53,150 nt of DNA from Minisyncoccota bacterium (lineage in GTDB: Bacteria > Patescibacteriota > Minisyncoccia > Phycocordibacterales > PALSA-1337), in contig JBAZRX010000007.1 in the NCBI GenBank assembly GCA_041662725.1, positions 1-53,150 of the forward strand. The letters are read 5' to 3'. The notes below the pieces were generated by a model that worked only from the letters and a program-made list of their open reading frames with translations, was not told where the DNA came from and made no database searches. How positions within the stretch are numbered: position 1 is the first letter of the stretch; every line of letters begins with the position of its first letter. The position numbers and the translations under genes were made by a program. Positions 38,802 through 47,585 of this stretch are shown one piece after another.

Positions 38802-40109
38802 TCACCAACTCATACCTGTCAGACGTTTCTCCTGGTCAAAGCGCAAGGCGGCATAGATGCTCGGATTGCGGATAGCCAGGATTTGCAGCGCCGCAAGCAC
38901 GGCATTCCCCGGCTCAAGGACCGTCATGGCCGGCACATTGCTCGGTGTCCGCAGTGATGACCAGACGTCTTCAGGGAATTCCTTGTACCCCGCAGGAACA
39001 GTGATAACCGGAACTGTTGAGTTCGCCGCCAAGGTGGGACCAGCACCGTTGCTTCGGCCGACATACGCGATGATCACGCTGTCGCACGGCTCTTCCTGCA
39101 AGTGTTGTTGCAACAGCTTGTATGCCAGCACCGGTTGCTTGTGAATGGAACAGGTGATCGGCAACAGTTGAAACTGCGGCTTTGGTTCCAATTTCATGAC
39201 CAGCTCTTCGACGGCCGTGAAGTGATCCTTATCGGAGCCGCACCAGACGATGAGACGCTGTGACGGGACCGTAAAGCGGTCCGTTAGTTCCGCAACTTCC
39301 CGATACTTGGTCGTAACCGTGTCGAGGTCACCACCGTCGCGATACACCTGCTTGTCGATGTAACCGCCGGAATGATCTACCACCCGCCATGAATCATTGT
39401 CGATGACGTCGGCCAGCCGGAGCTTACCTTCGGTATTGATGCCGAACTCGACCTTGAAGTCCACGAGCTTGCGCCCTTGGAGCTGCCATGCCTTCTCGAG
39501 GACCAGGAATGTCTGACGGGCGATGTCGCCCATTTGCTCGATGAGTTTCTGCTCATCGGGCTGAGTGAAGACCTGCGTCTCCGGCAAAGCCAGAAACGGC
39601 ATTGACGGCTTCTGGGCGAGGTTCGGTTGCTTGGGATCGTAAAGAAGAACCTGGGCGCCGTCGGCATCGTGAATCATGAGGGGATCGTCGCAGATGAGTG
39701 CGCTTTCCTTCCATTTCTTGCCGCTCGTCTTCAGATAGAACTCGAGGACCAACCTGGGAAAAACCTGCCCTTTCATGAGATGCGGTGCCCGCTTGAGATA
39801 CGATCCATGGGCTTCGCGCCGGACCACCACCTCATACGGCAACATGACGCATTTATCGGCAAGGAATTCGGTGGCTCCGTCCTGGCTTTCGAACGCTACG
39901 GGTATGTCACATGCCCGGAGGAGCCGGAACACGTTACAGGTCGTGCGTGTGGCCAAGGCGGCCTTGCCGTTGATGATGTCGTGCTTGGCACCGTCACCGG
40001 CCGTGATGTCGTCTTTTGATTCAATCCTGACTCTGGCAGGACTTCCCGGAATGGAGAAGATTCGTTTGGTCTTCCCCTCGTTCATTGGCTGAACTTCAGT
40101 CGTTTGCAT
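38802..40109 (-). CDS. purCE: Bifunctional SAICAR synthetase/AIR carboxylase (PurC-PurE, PAICS-type)
   Basis: EGKTK, SKDDITAGDG, GSYLKR, LVDFKVEFG, DVIDNDSWR; C-terminal GS.KD, SIHK, GRSNGAGP; probable ATG at 40109 with SD. Confidence 0.92.
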   Translation of the reverse strand: MQTTEVQPMNEGKTKRIFSIPGSPARVRIESKDDITAGDGAKHDIINGKAALATRTTCNVFRLLRACDIPVAFESQDGATEFLADKCVMLPYEVVVRREAHGSYLKRAPHLMKGQVFPRLVLEFYLKTSGKKWKESALICDDPLMIHDADGAQVLLYDPKQPNLAQKPSMPFLALPETQVFTQPDEQKLIEQMGDIARQTFLVLEKAWQLQGRKLVDFKVEFGINTEGKLRLADVIDNDSWRVVDHSGGYIDKQVYRDGGDLDTVTTKYREVAELTDRFTVPSQRLIVWCGSDKDHFTAVEELVMKLEPKPQFQLLPITCSIHKQPVLAYKLLQQHLQEEPCDSVIIAYVGRSNGAGPTLAANSTVPVITVPAGYKEFPEDVWSSLRTPSNVPAMTVLEPGNAVLAALQILAIRNPSIYAALRFDQEKRLTGMSW

Positions 40110-40163
40110 ATGTATTTTCCTTTCTTTGTACATTGGGAAGAATTCCCAAACCTGAGTCAAAAA

Positions 40164-42332
40164 CTACTCCTGGAGCAAGGGTAAGTCAAGATGGCGAATC
40201 TCCGCCTCAATCTTTTTATAATATCTTTCCCGTTGTTTGTATTGCCTCTCCAGAAATAGAATCTCTTTATCCCTATAGTCAACAATAGTTTTCTGAACAC
40301 CTCTGCCTCGCATCCGGCCGATATACTGCAGCAACTTTCCTTCAAACGAAAATGGAAATGCCAATATCAGGCAATTGATCCCCTTGATATCTAGCCCTTC
40401 TCCGAAAAATTGTCCCGTTGATAAGATAACCTTGTAGTGGCCGCCTTCGATCTGTTTGATTTTGGATGTCCGCGACGCAGCAGAATCATTCCCTGAAATA
40501 ATAATGGTCTCCAACTTGCCCTTGAGATACAGATTCAGAATTTCCAAATGATCTTTACGCTCACTCAAAACAAGCACTTGTTTACCCAATTCCACCTGTT
40601 TGAAAATATCATCCACTATCATCCTGTTGCGAGTCGTATCGAAGCAGATAATTTTGGCTAGCAATTGGAATTGATCTGTTGTGAATTTAAACGGAATACT
40701 CAAAGTCGTCGTTCGTATAATAATTTCAATGACTACCTCGACGCTTGGCACAATCGATACGAAGTCAGACATTTCCATACGGGAAATGATGTCGCCAATA
40801 AACGCATAGATTAACTTTTCATCATTATGCTTTCTTTGAGGAGTGGCGGTCAGCCCATAGATGTACTTCGGATTGAGTTGTGAGATAACCTCACGGAATG
40901 TTGATGCTGGTATGTGATGGCATTCATCAACAATGATCGTGCCGAACTGATTTTTCATATCTGATAAATCCTTCTTCCGGCCGAGACTCTGGAGTAATCC
41001 GACTGTAATCTGTTTCCCCACTTTTTTCTTGCCGCTTGAATATTGCCCGATATGAGTCTTGGCGATTCCAAGGAATGCCTGGATGCGCTCAACCCATTGA
41101 TCCAGGAGTTGCTTGCGATGGACTAGAATAAGTGCCGGTAATTTCTTTCTAGCTATAAGTTCCAAACCGATAATCGTCTTGCCACTGCCGGACGGTGCCA
41201 CGATTACGCCTTGGTCATGAGGCATGACATCTTGAATCGTTGAGATCTGAGGCAGGGTCAACTCGATCGAGCTCTTGAATAAAGTCTCCTCCACAACCGG
41301 ATGTTCAAAGCGGACCGAATATTTAATCCTGTGTTCCTCGAGAAAGTCTGTCAGTACATGCAGGAAACCGCGAGGTAGAAAAATGTTGTCGCCAGATTCT
41401 TCAACCAGCTTAAAATATTTCTCGACTTGATAGACGGATTTGCCGAGTCTGCGCTTTGTCAGGTATTCCGTATTAATGAAATTCAACTCCTCTTTCAAGA
41501 AATGGATGAGCTCAGGAACTAGCCCTGACCGCGGCATAACAATTTTATTGCTAACCAAAATATTAAGCTTCCCTGATCTCTTCGTCTCATGAAACTCTTT
41601 CCGTTCTTCCGAAAACAAAGCATTGTATACCTCATCCAATTCTACAGCTAAATGTCGTCTAATCTCACTCAAATACTCCCATTGATCAGAAAAAGCCTTG
41701 TCCGTTGTTAGATCAATGAAAACAGTGTTACCTTTCCGGACCGCCTTACTCTGAAACGGTAGCGCTATCAGATTTCCAAAACCATTCTTTGTCAGACTAT
41801 CTTGATTCGGAAAAAGCCGGTCGAAACTGACTTCTTTTTCGAATTCGGAAACATTTCGTATGCGGCGGATTATCTCAAGTCCAATCTGCCGGCTCTTATA
41901 ACATGGGTACGGTTCCGAGAAGAAAATCCAAACATGTCCGCCATTGCCGGACCGTGAACGTTCAAGATAAGCCGACAATCCAATTGCCGAGCACTGATCG
42001 ATGAATGCGCGTGATTCTTCCTTCCAATTTTCACCGTCAAAATCCGCAGCAAGAAAATGTGAAGTATTATCTTGCAAAATTGGATACACCCCAATGACAT
42101 GCTGACCGACCAAGTGTCCACGAATCACATCTTCAGTGAGAGGTATCAACCGCTTGTTCTCGAAATCCTTGAGTGTTCCGCCCCGGCGTTTGAACTCCAT
42201 GAATTCAGTCCAGTTGAATTCATACGCCGGCGCGTATCCCGATCGTCCATCTTTCTCCCAATGACGCGCATAAACATCGGCTCTTCCCCGAAATAGGGTC
42301 ATAAACAATTCGAGTTGTTGATCCTCTGTCAT
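40164..42332 (-). CDS. TOTE-type archaeo-eukaryotic primase fused to an SF2 (DEAD/DEAH-like) helicase
   Basis: FRGRADVYA, AADFD, ERSRSGNGGHVWIFF, LFPNQD, GNLIALP; APSGSGKT, DECHH, TATP, QYIGR. Confidence 0.85.
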   Translation of the reverse strand: MTEDQQLELFMTLFRGRADVYARHWEKDGRSGYAPAYEFNWTEFMEFKRRGGTLKDFENKRLIPLTEDVIRGHLVGQHVIGVYPILQDNTSHFLAADFDGENWKEESRAFIDQCSAIGLSAYLERSRSGNGGHVWIFFSEPYPCYKSRQIGLEIIRRIRNVSEFEKEVSFDRLFPNQDSLTKNGFGNLIALPFQSKAVRKGNTVFIDLTTDKAFSDQWEYLSEIRRHLAVELDEVYNALFSEERKEFHETKRSGKLNILVSNKIVMPRSGLVPELIHFLKEELNFINTEYLTKRRLGKSVYQVEKYFKLVEESGDNIFLPRGFLHVLTDFLEEHRIKYSVRFEHPVVEETLFKSSIELTLPQISTIQDVMPHDQGVIVAPSGSGKTIIGLELIARKKLPALILVHRKQLLDQWVERIQAFLGIAKTHIGQYSSGKKKVGKQITVGLLQSLGRKKDLSDMKNQFGTIIVDECHHIPASTFREVISQLNPKYIYGLTATPQRKHNDEKLIYAFIGDIISRMEMSDFVSIVPSVEVVIEIIIRTTTLSIPFKFTTDQFQLLAKIICFDTTRNRMIVDDIFKQVELGKQVLVLSERKDHLEILNLYLKGKLETIIISGNDSAASRTSKIKQIEGGHYKVILSTGQFFGEGLDIKGINCLILAFPFSFEGKLLQYIGRMRGRGVQKTIVDYRDKEILFLERQYKQRERYYKKIEAEIRHLDLPLLQE

Positions 42333-42582
42333 AACAATATGAGCCTACTACACCTCGCTAATTACCTCAATCGGCATTCATGCGACCGTAATCGCCGCCT
42401 TCTTGCCACCTGTTCGCCCCAGTGTGCGCTTTTCTGGCGCAAGTAAGGCATTTCCACGACTTCGGGCATGATTCGGGAGCGTGTGCCCGATTTCGAGGAA
42501 GTTAGTAGTCCGATTCAAAGATTAGTGAATCTATGCCGGATTTAACCTAAATTCACGCGAAAATTGCAAAGTTGCGTGAATA

Positions 42583-43098
42583 TTACTTCCTCTTCGGTCT
42601 TTCCCCTTTCAGTAACCTATCAAATGCCTCGAGATTACCCAAAGCATCATGGACAGGATTATGGTCATGCTTTGTTATACGCAAATGCTTCCAAGAGGAC
42701 GAGTCCATAAAATCTCCCGTAAGGCCGGCATAGAAATCACCAATTCTCCGCGCAGAATATCCGAACGGATTCCGGCCGAGAGTTCTCCAGAAGCTGTCAT
42801 TGATCCACTGCCAATCGAATGCAGGATTGTCGCTGACGAATTTCGGACGCTCTCCGCCGGTCATATCTGCGAGCCACTTCTCAAATTTCTCAAAAACCTC
42901 CTTCTCATCGAATACCTTTCCAGTATAAACACGAGTGGTCGGATTCTCGTCTGACCGATGGCCTTCGATGATGACACCATGGAATGTCGCCCTCGACGGA
43001 TATGCAACGGCGCCAAATTCCGTGAGCTTCCCCCTGCTCGGACATTTGCCATTGGCTTCGCAGTCAATGAAAATCAGGTTTTTGACTTCTATGCTCAT
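42583..43098 (-). CDS. DEDDh 3'-5' exonuclease (Cap18-like)
   Basis: FIDCE, AFDWQW, GRNPFG, HNPVHDA; begins 4 nt downstream of the CD-NTase. Confidence 0.85.
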   Translation of the reverse strand: MSIEVKNLIFIDCEANGKCPSRGKLTEFGAVAYPSRATFHGVIIEGHRSDENPTTRVYTGKVFDEKEVFEKFEKWLADMTGGERPKFVSDNPAFDWQWINDSFWRTLGRNPFGYSARRIGDFYAGLTGDFMDSSSWKHLRITKHDHNPVHDALGNLEAFDRLLKGERPKRK

Positions 43099-43102
43099 AA
43101 TT

Positions 43103-43870
43103 TTACCAAATAGCTTGATTCCAATTCCCTGCTAATGTTGTCTTGGCTAATTCTTTGACTTTAAGTTTTTCCGCAGCAGTTAATTCATCGGACACCTCAT
43201 TCTCTTGGTTTGCCGGATCTTTGATTGTCTTATTTTCAAAATCATTCACCAAATAATTCATTACTGTTATAAAGTTCGAAGAAGGACTAGAATTTATCAA
43301 GCCGCCCTCTTTCAAGGCTTCAATAACAGAAAGTTCAAGATAGAATGAAGGGAAATCCAATTTGTGAATCTTTCTCCAGATCTTTACAGCCTTGATATCA
43401 GGTATCCTGCCAGAGTTTTTCACATGATTTATATGCGCATCAATATTTGTCTTCGTCCAAGTCTGTGCCTTTCTTTTCCAGATTGAATGATCGAGCCCAA
43501 ACATTTGGTGCCGGACACCAGCAACGACATCAACTTTTAATCCTGTGTGGTCAATGCCTAAAGACACATTCTGCTCCCGCGCTGAATAGCCAGCTCCGTT
43601 AAATCTATTCCTCAGTGTGTTGTATACATTCTCAAGCGTGTTGCATGTACTCACCGATGGATCCAGAGATATAAATAAATCAATGTCGGTCGTGCCAGTT
43701 ATACCTGTCCCCTTTGCTAGCGAACCTGAAAGTTTCAGTGTATACGCGTGGCCATTTGCCCACGCATGGATGTGTGGCTTTAATTCATTGATCTTGTCTG
43801 CCACAATATAGGTAACATTCGGAGTATGCGCGGTAACAACATTCCGTATGTATTGATCGTTCTCGTTCAT
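43103..43870 (-). CDS. cGAS/DncV-like nucleotidyltransferase (CD-NTase)
   Basis: SGSLAKGT..DIDLF, REQNVS, VDVV, KIWR, FPSFYLEL, IKDPAN. Confidence 0.88.
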   Translation of the reverse strand: MNENDQYIRNVVTAHTPNVTYIVADKINELKPHIHAWANGHAYTLKLSGSLAKGTGITGTTDIDLFISLDPSVSTCNTLENVYNTLRNRFNGAGYSAREQNVSLGIDHTGLKVDVVAGVRHQMFGLDHSIWKRKAQTWTKTNIDAHINHVKNSGRIPDIKAVKIWRKIHKLDFPSFYLELSVIEALKEGGLINSSPSSNFITVMNYLVNDFENKTIKDPANQENEVSDELTAAEKLKVKELAKTTLAGNWNQAIW

Positions 43871-43871
43871 T

Positions 43872-44378
43872 TTATGATTCGTAGCTAGTCGTGATCATAG
43901 CGGTCACGATATCGTTTAATAAGCGCCCGCGGAAATTGGTTACAGCTGTGTGTCTTTTGCCATCAAGATTTTTCATCTGGTCATCGGGAATTCTACCCTT
44001 CTCGTACGGAGCGTACACAACGAGAGCACAGGCATCGGGTTTTTTCGAAAGAATCTCATCGATACTGTCCGACCAGTCCTGCCAAAAAACGAGGTATATA
44101 GATGCCTCTTCGGCTTTTCCAATATCGCTGACATTCTTTATTTCAAAAACATTCTTTGCACGAAAAAGCTTTGAATCTAATAGAAGGCTTCTCAAACTGC
44201 CTGCATTATCCCCTTTAGCAAATACTGCGATCTTTCGCCTTGCGAGTCCATTACCGAGACGAAATAACGCTGGTGAAATACCACGTACCCAGAGAACGGT
44301 TCCCCACACAATACCAACCAGAAGAATAATCGTCTCAATTATCCCGACATACGCTATAATCTGTAAAAATAAGGCCAT
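43872..44378 (-). CDS. Putative CBASS effector: N-terminal TM plus a Rossmann-like (NARF-like) domain
   Basis: Hydrophobic residues ~3-32; alpha/beta domain ending NFRGRLLNDI; 1-nt gap to the CD-NTase. Confidence 0.65.
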   Translation of the reverse strand: MALFLQIIAYVGIIETIILLVGIVWGTVLWVRGISPALFRLGNGLARRKIAVFAKGDNAGSLRSLLLDSKLFRAKNVFEIKNVSDIGKAEEASIYLVFWQDWSDSIDEILSKKPDACALVVYAPYEKGRIPDDQMKNLDGKRHTAVTNFRGRLLNDIVTAMITTSYES

Positions 44379-44392
44379 AATAATTTATTAAC

Positions 44393-44420
44393 TGTAAACT
44401 TGTTTAGGTTATGTTTAGGT
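44393..44420. promoter_or_regulatory. Candidate operator in the divergent CBASS/lexA intergenic region
   Basis: TAAAC-TT-GTTTA palindrome and TGTTTAGGT direct repeats at 44401 and 44412. Confidence 0.4.
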
Positions 44421-44428
44421 AGTATACT

Positions 44429-45061
44429 ATGACCATGAAAATAAAGTCAAGCATGGGTATCGGCAAACCATCAAAGCGACAAGCCGAGATACTTCACTTT
44501 GCGAGGGAGTACCGGAGAGAAAACGGCTACTCCCCTTCTTTGGTGGAGATGGCAAAACATTTTGGTATTTCTATACCCACGATTCACCAGCATGTCCATT
44601 CACTTCAAGATAAGAACCTTCTTACGATCGAAAAAGGCAAGAAGCGTTCAATCCAAGCGCTTCATAACCACAGATTACCTGGCGTCGAAATACCCCTTAT
44701 GGGATATATTGCAGCAGGAGGTCCAATCGAGGCAATCCGGGAACCAGAACCAATCGAAGTCCCCCGAAGCATGTTAACTTCTGGCTTCAATCACTACGCT
44801 TTGAAAGTCACCGGGCGGAGCATGATCGAGGAAGGCATCTCGGACGGCGACATTGTCATAGTCCGTGACCAACCAACGGTCGATGATGGGGAAAAAGCTG
44901 TCGCATATATGCCTGATAGAAACGAGGTCACCCTCAAAAAGATTTATCGAGAAAGAAATCGCATCAAATTGGTGCCTGCAAATAAATTTATGAAGCCATT
45001 TTATGAGACGAATGTCGAAATACAAGGTAAGGTCGTAGGAGTTCTTAGGAAAGAATCTTAA
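44429..45061 (+). CDS. lexA: LexA-family repressor
   Basis: wHTH (RQAEIL..GYSPS..EMA), IAAG cleavage site, GRSM catalytic Ser, TLKK catalytic Lys. Confidence 0.9.
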   Translation: MTMKIKSSMGIGKPSKRQAEILHFAREYRRENGYSPSLVEMAKHFGISIPTIHQHVHSLQDKNLLTIEKGKKRSIQALHNHRLPGVEIPLMGYIAAGGPIEAIREPEPIEVPRSMLTSGFNHYALKVTGRSMIEEGISDGDIVIVRDQPTVDDGEKAVAYMPDRNEVTLKKIYRERNRIKLVPANKFMKPFYETNVEIQGKVVGVLRKES

Positions 45062-45081
45062 TCAGTGATAAAATAAATTAT

Positions 45082-46656
45082 ATGCCATTAGTATCCATAC
45101 CAGAAGCATCAAAGTGGGCGTCAGATTATCTCGAGAAAGAGGTAACGCCGGCAAACATCTCGTACTTGGTACAGTATGGGAAGGTTAAAAAGCATGGCGA
45201 AAATGGTTCGACCATGATTGATTCCCATGATCTCAAAAATTACTACAAATCTTCACAAGGTAAACGCGAGGTGAGCTGGAAAAAACACCTCGGGAATGAT
45301 CTGAATTGGGCATTATCATTTGATCATCTTCGAGAAAAGGACACGACCAAACACGTCCACCGCCTTCACCCTTACAAAGGAAAATATATTCCCCAGCTTG
45401 TTCAATATTTCATCGACGACCACACTGACGACTTCAAGAAGCAGACCTACTTTAAACCAGGTGACATCATTCTTGATCCATTCCTAGGGTCCGGTACTAC
45501 ACTTATTCAATCGCTGGAAATGGGTATTCACTCAATAGGGATGGATGTCTCTGAATTCAACTGCATGATTGCCAGCTGCAAGGCTACACATTACGATCAC
45601 GAATATCTACAGAAGGCTATCAAGAAAATGTTAGCCGCCCTCGATTCATTCGAGCATGATAATAAGGTGCAGGATTTCGAAAATGAGCTCCTAGCAGAGC
45701 TAGCAAAATTCAATAACAAATATTTCCCAGGTTATGAATTTAAGTACCAGATGAATCAAAATAATATGGACGAGAGCTCTATTGCAACTGAAAAGCAAAA
45801 GGAATTCCTGCCTATATACCAGAAGTTGCTTAAGAAATATTCCATAAAGCTCAAACAGAATGTTTCTGACTCTTTTCTTGATATCTGGTTTATGGACAAT
45901 GTCCGCAGCGAGATTGACCACGTATTCAAAGCTGTAAAAAATGAGAAGGATGTGAAGGTTAGGAAGCTCCTTGCATTAATTCTGAGCAGAACAATCAGAT
46001 CATGCAGGGCAACCACACATAGCGATCTTGCCACCCTCAAAGAACCTCAGCTGACGACTTATTATTGCTTTAAGCATAAGAAGATTTGCAAACCGTTGTT
46101 TTCGATAAAGACGATGCTCAATCGCTATGCTTTTGACACTATGAGCCGAGTAAAAGAATTCGACCAGCTACGCAAGCCGGTGCACTACTCCGCTATTGCT
46201 GGAGACTCCAGAGCTGTAAACATTTTTGACAAGGTTGAAAAACAGAACCCTGAATTTTCAAAAATCCTTAAGAAACAGAAGATTGCCGGAATATTCTGTT
46301 CCCCGCCATATGTCGGCCAAATCGATTATCATGAGCAACATGCCTATGCCTATGATTTACTTGGATTCAAGCGAAAAGATGAACTCGAGATAGGACCGCT
46401 CCAAAATGGCCAAGGACTTGAAGCTCGACGAGCGTATGTCCAAGGCATTGCTGATGTACTAAACAACTGCAGAAAGTATTTCACAGACAATCCGGATGTA
46501 TTCTTGGTCGCTAATGACAAGTATAATCTTTACCCTGAAATCGCCGAAAAATCAGGAATGAAGATAGTAAATCAATTTAAGCGGCCGGTCTTAAATCGAA
46601 CTGAGCGCGATCGTACCCCTTATTCAGAAATAATATTCCACTTAAAATTAAAATAA
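45082..46656 (+). CDS. Amino (probably N4-cytosine) DNA methyltransferase with an N-terminal HTH-like extension
   Basis: HPYKGKY, DPFLGSGTT (motif I) preceding SPPY (motif IV). Confidence 0.9.
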   Translation: MPLVSIPEASKWASDYLEKEVTPANISYLVQYGKVKKHGENGSTMIDSHDLKNYYKSSQGKREVSWKKHLGNDLNWALSFDHLREKDTTKHVHRLHPYKGKYIPQLVQYFIDDHTDDFKKQTYFKPGDIILDPFLGSGTTLIQSLEMGIHSIGMDVSEFNCMIASCKATHYDHEYLQKAIKKMLAALDSFEHDNKVQDFENELLAELAKFNNKYFPGYEFKYQMNQNNMDESSIATEKQKEFLPIYQKLLKKYSIKLKQNVSDSFLDIWFMDNVRSEIDHVFKAVKNEKDVKVRKLLALILSRTIRSCRATTHSDLATLKEPQLTTYYCFKHKKICKPLFSIKTMLNRYAFDTMSRVKEFDQLRKPVHYSAIAGDSRAVNIFDKVEKQNPEFSKILKKQKIAGIFCSPPYVGQIDYHEQHAYAYDLLGFKRKDELEIGPLQNGQGLEARRAYVQGIADVLNNCRKYFTDNPDVFLVANDKYNLYPEIAEKSGMKIVNQFKRPVLNRTERDRTPYSEIIFHLKLK

Positions 46657-46657
46657 T

Positions 46658-47440
46658 ATGGCTCTATCAAAAGAACAAGTCAAAGCAGTCGAGGATACCT
46701 TGAAGCTCAGTCTCCGTAATAAATTTCAGAATTATAATCCTGAGCCGGCGTCGATGCCTTTCCATACACGTCTTCTTGGAAAAGACCGTCTGGCTCTTTA
46801 CGCCTTTATCCATTCGCTCAACACCAACTTCGGTAGCAGTATCTTCGAGCCGGTCGGTCTTACCCTCGCTCAAAAGAATTTCAAGATGGCCACGGCACAA
46901 GCTACGGCTGGTGAGCAGATCAGTACTGGCGCCCAAGCAGAAATTCAAAAGATCATTGATGGCCTTACAACCGCCACAACTACTCCAAACAAGAAAGACG
47001 AGGTCGAAAGGATACGAAAGGTCTGCCAAACCGGAAAAATGATCACGGTAAAACCTACGAAGGTTGATCTAATGTTTGAAGGAAAGGATGGTTCGTATTA
47101 CCTCTTTGATATTAAGACTGCAAAACCAAATGCTGGTGACTTTAAAGAATTCAAACGTACGTTGCTCGAATGGGTAGCTGTTATCTTGGCTAACAAGCCC
47201 GATGCGAAAATACATACCTTTATCGCCATTCCCTATAACCCATACGAGCCAGAACCATATACTCGATGGACAATGCGCGGCATGCTTGATCTTGAAAACG
47301 AGCTCAAGGTAGCGGATGAATTCTGGGATTTCCTAGGGGGTAAAAATACCTACAAAGACCTGCTTGATTGCTTTGAGCGCGTCGGTATTGAGCTACGAGA
47401 TGAAATTGACACTTATTTCAAGCGTTTCAATAAGAAATAG
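46658..47440 (+). CDS. Type II restriction endonuclease (TdeIII-like)
   Basis: HSLNTNFG..FE, VDL..DIKTAKPN (PD-D/ExK), PYNPY, FWDFL; 1 nt after the MTase. Confidence 0.85.
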   Translation: MALSKEQVKAVEDTLKLSLRNKFQNYNPEPASMPFHTRLLGKDRLALYAFIHSLNTNFGSSIFEPVGLTLAQKNFKMATAQATAGEQISTGAQAEIQKIIDGLTTATTTPNKKDEVERIRKVCQTGKMITVKPTKVDLMFEGKDGSYYLFDIKTAKPNAGDFKEFKRTLLEWVAVILANKPDAKIHTFIAIPYNPYEPEPYTRWTMRGMLDLENELKVADEFWDFLGGKNTYKDLLDCFERVGIELRDEIDTYFKRFNKK

Positions 47441-47443
47441 CCG

Positions 47444-47517
47444 AATGTAAACAAAGTAGGCATGTATGTTTACATCTTACGCACCAATGTAAACAAACTA
47501 GCATTTTCCTTTACATT
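47444..47517. promoter_or_regulatory. Two ATGTAAA(CA) inverted-repeat sites
   Basis: AATGTAAACAAA at 47444 and 47486; inverted TGTTTACAT at 47467 and TTTACATT at 47510. Confidence 0.5.
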
Positions 47518-47585
47518 CAAGGACGAGATGTAAGGGTTCCTTGCGCATACGCCTATCCTGCACTAGTATCAGGCTCATAATTACA

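Noticed and set aside
34148-40345. Numerous overlapping alternative-frame ORFs in the purine block
   Set aside because: Shadow ORFs expected in GC-richer DNA, opposite or overlapping well-supported genes
33900-42580. attL duplicate of the tRNA-His 3' end
   Set aside because: Not found by eye; the 10-mer AGTCCGATTC near 42507 is in the wrong orientation and probably chance
43872-44378. TM-STING effector
   Set aside because: Too short, and no STING cyclic-dinucleotide-binding motifs were recognised
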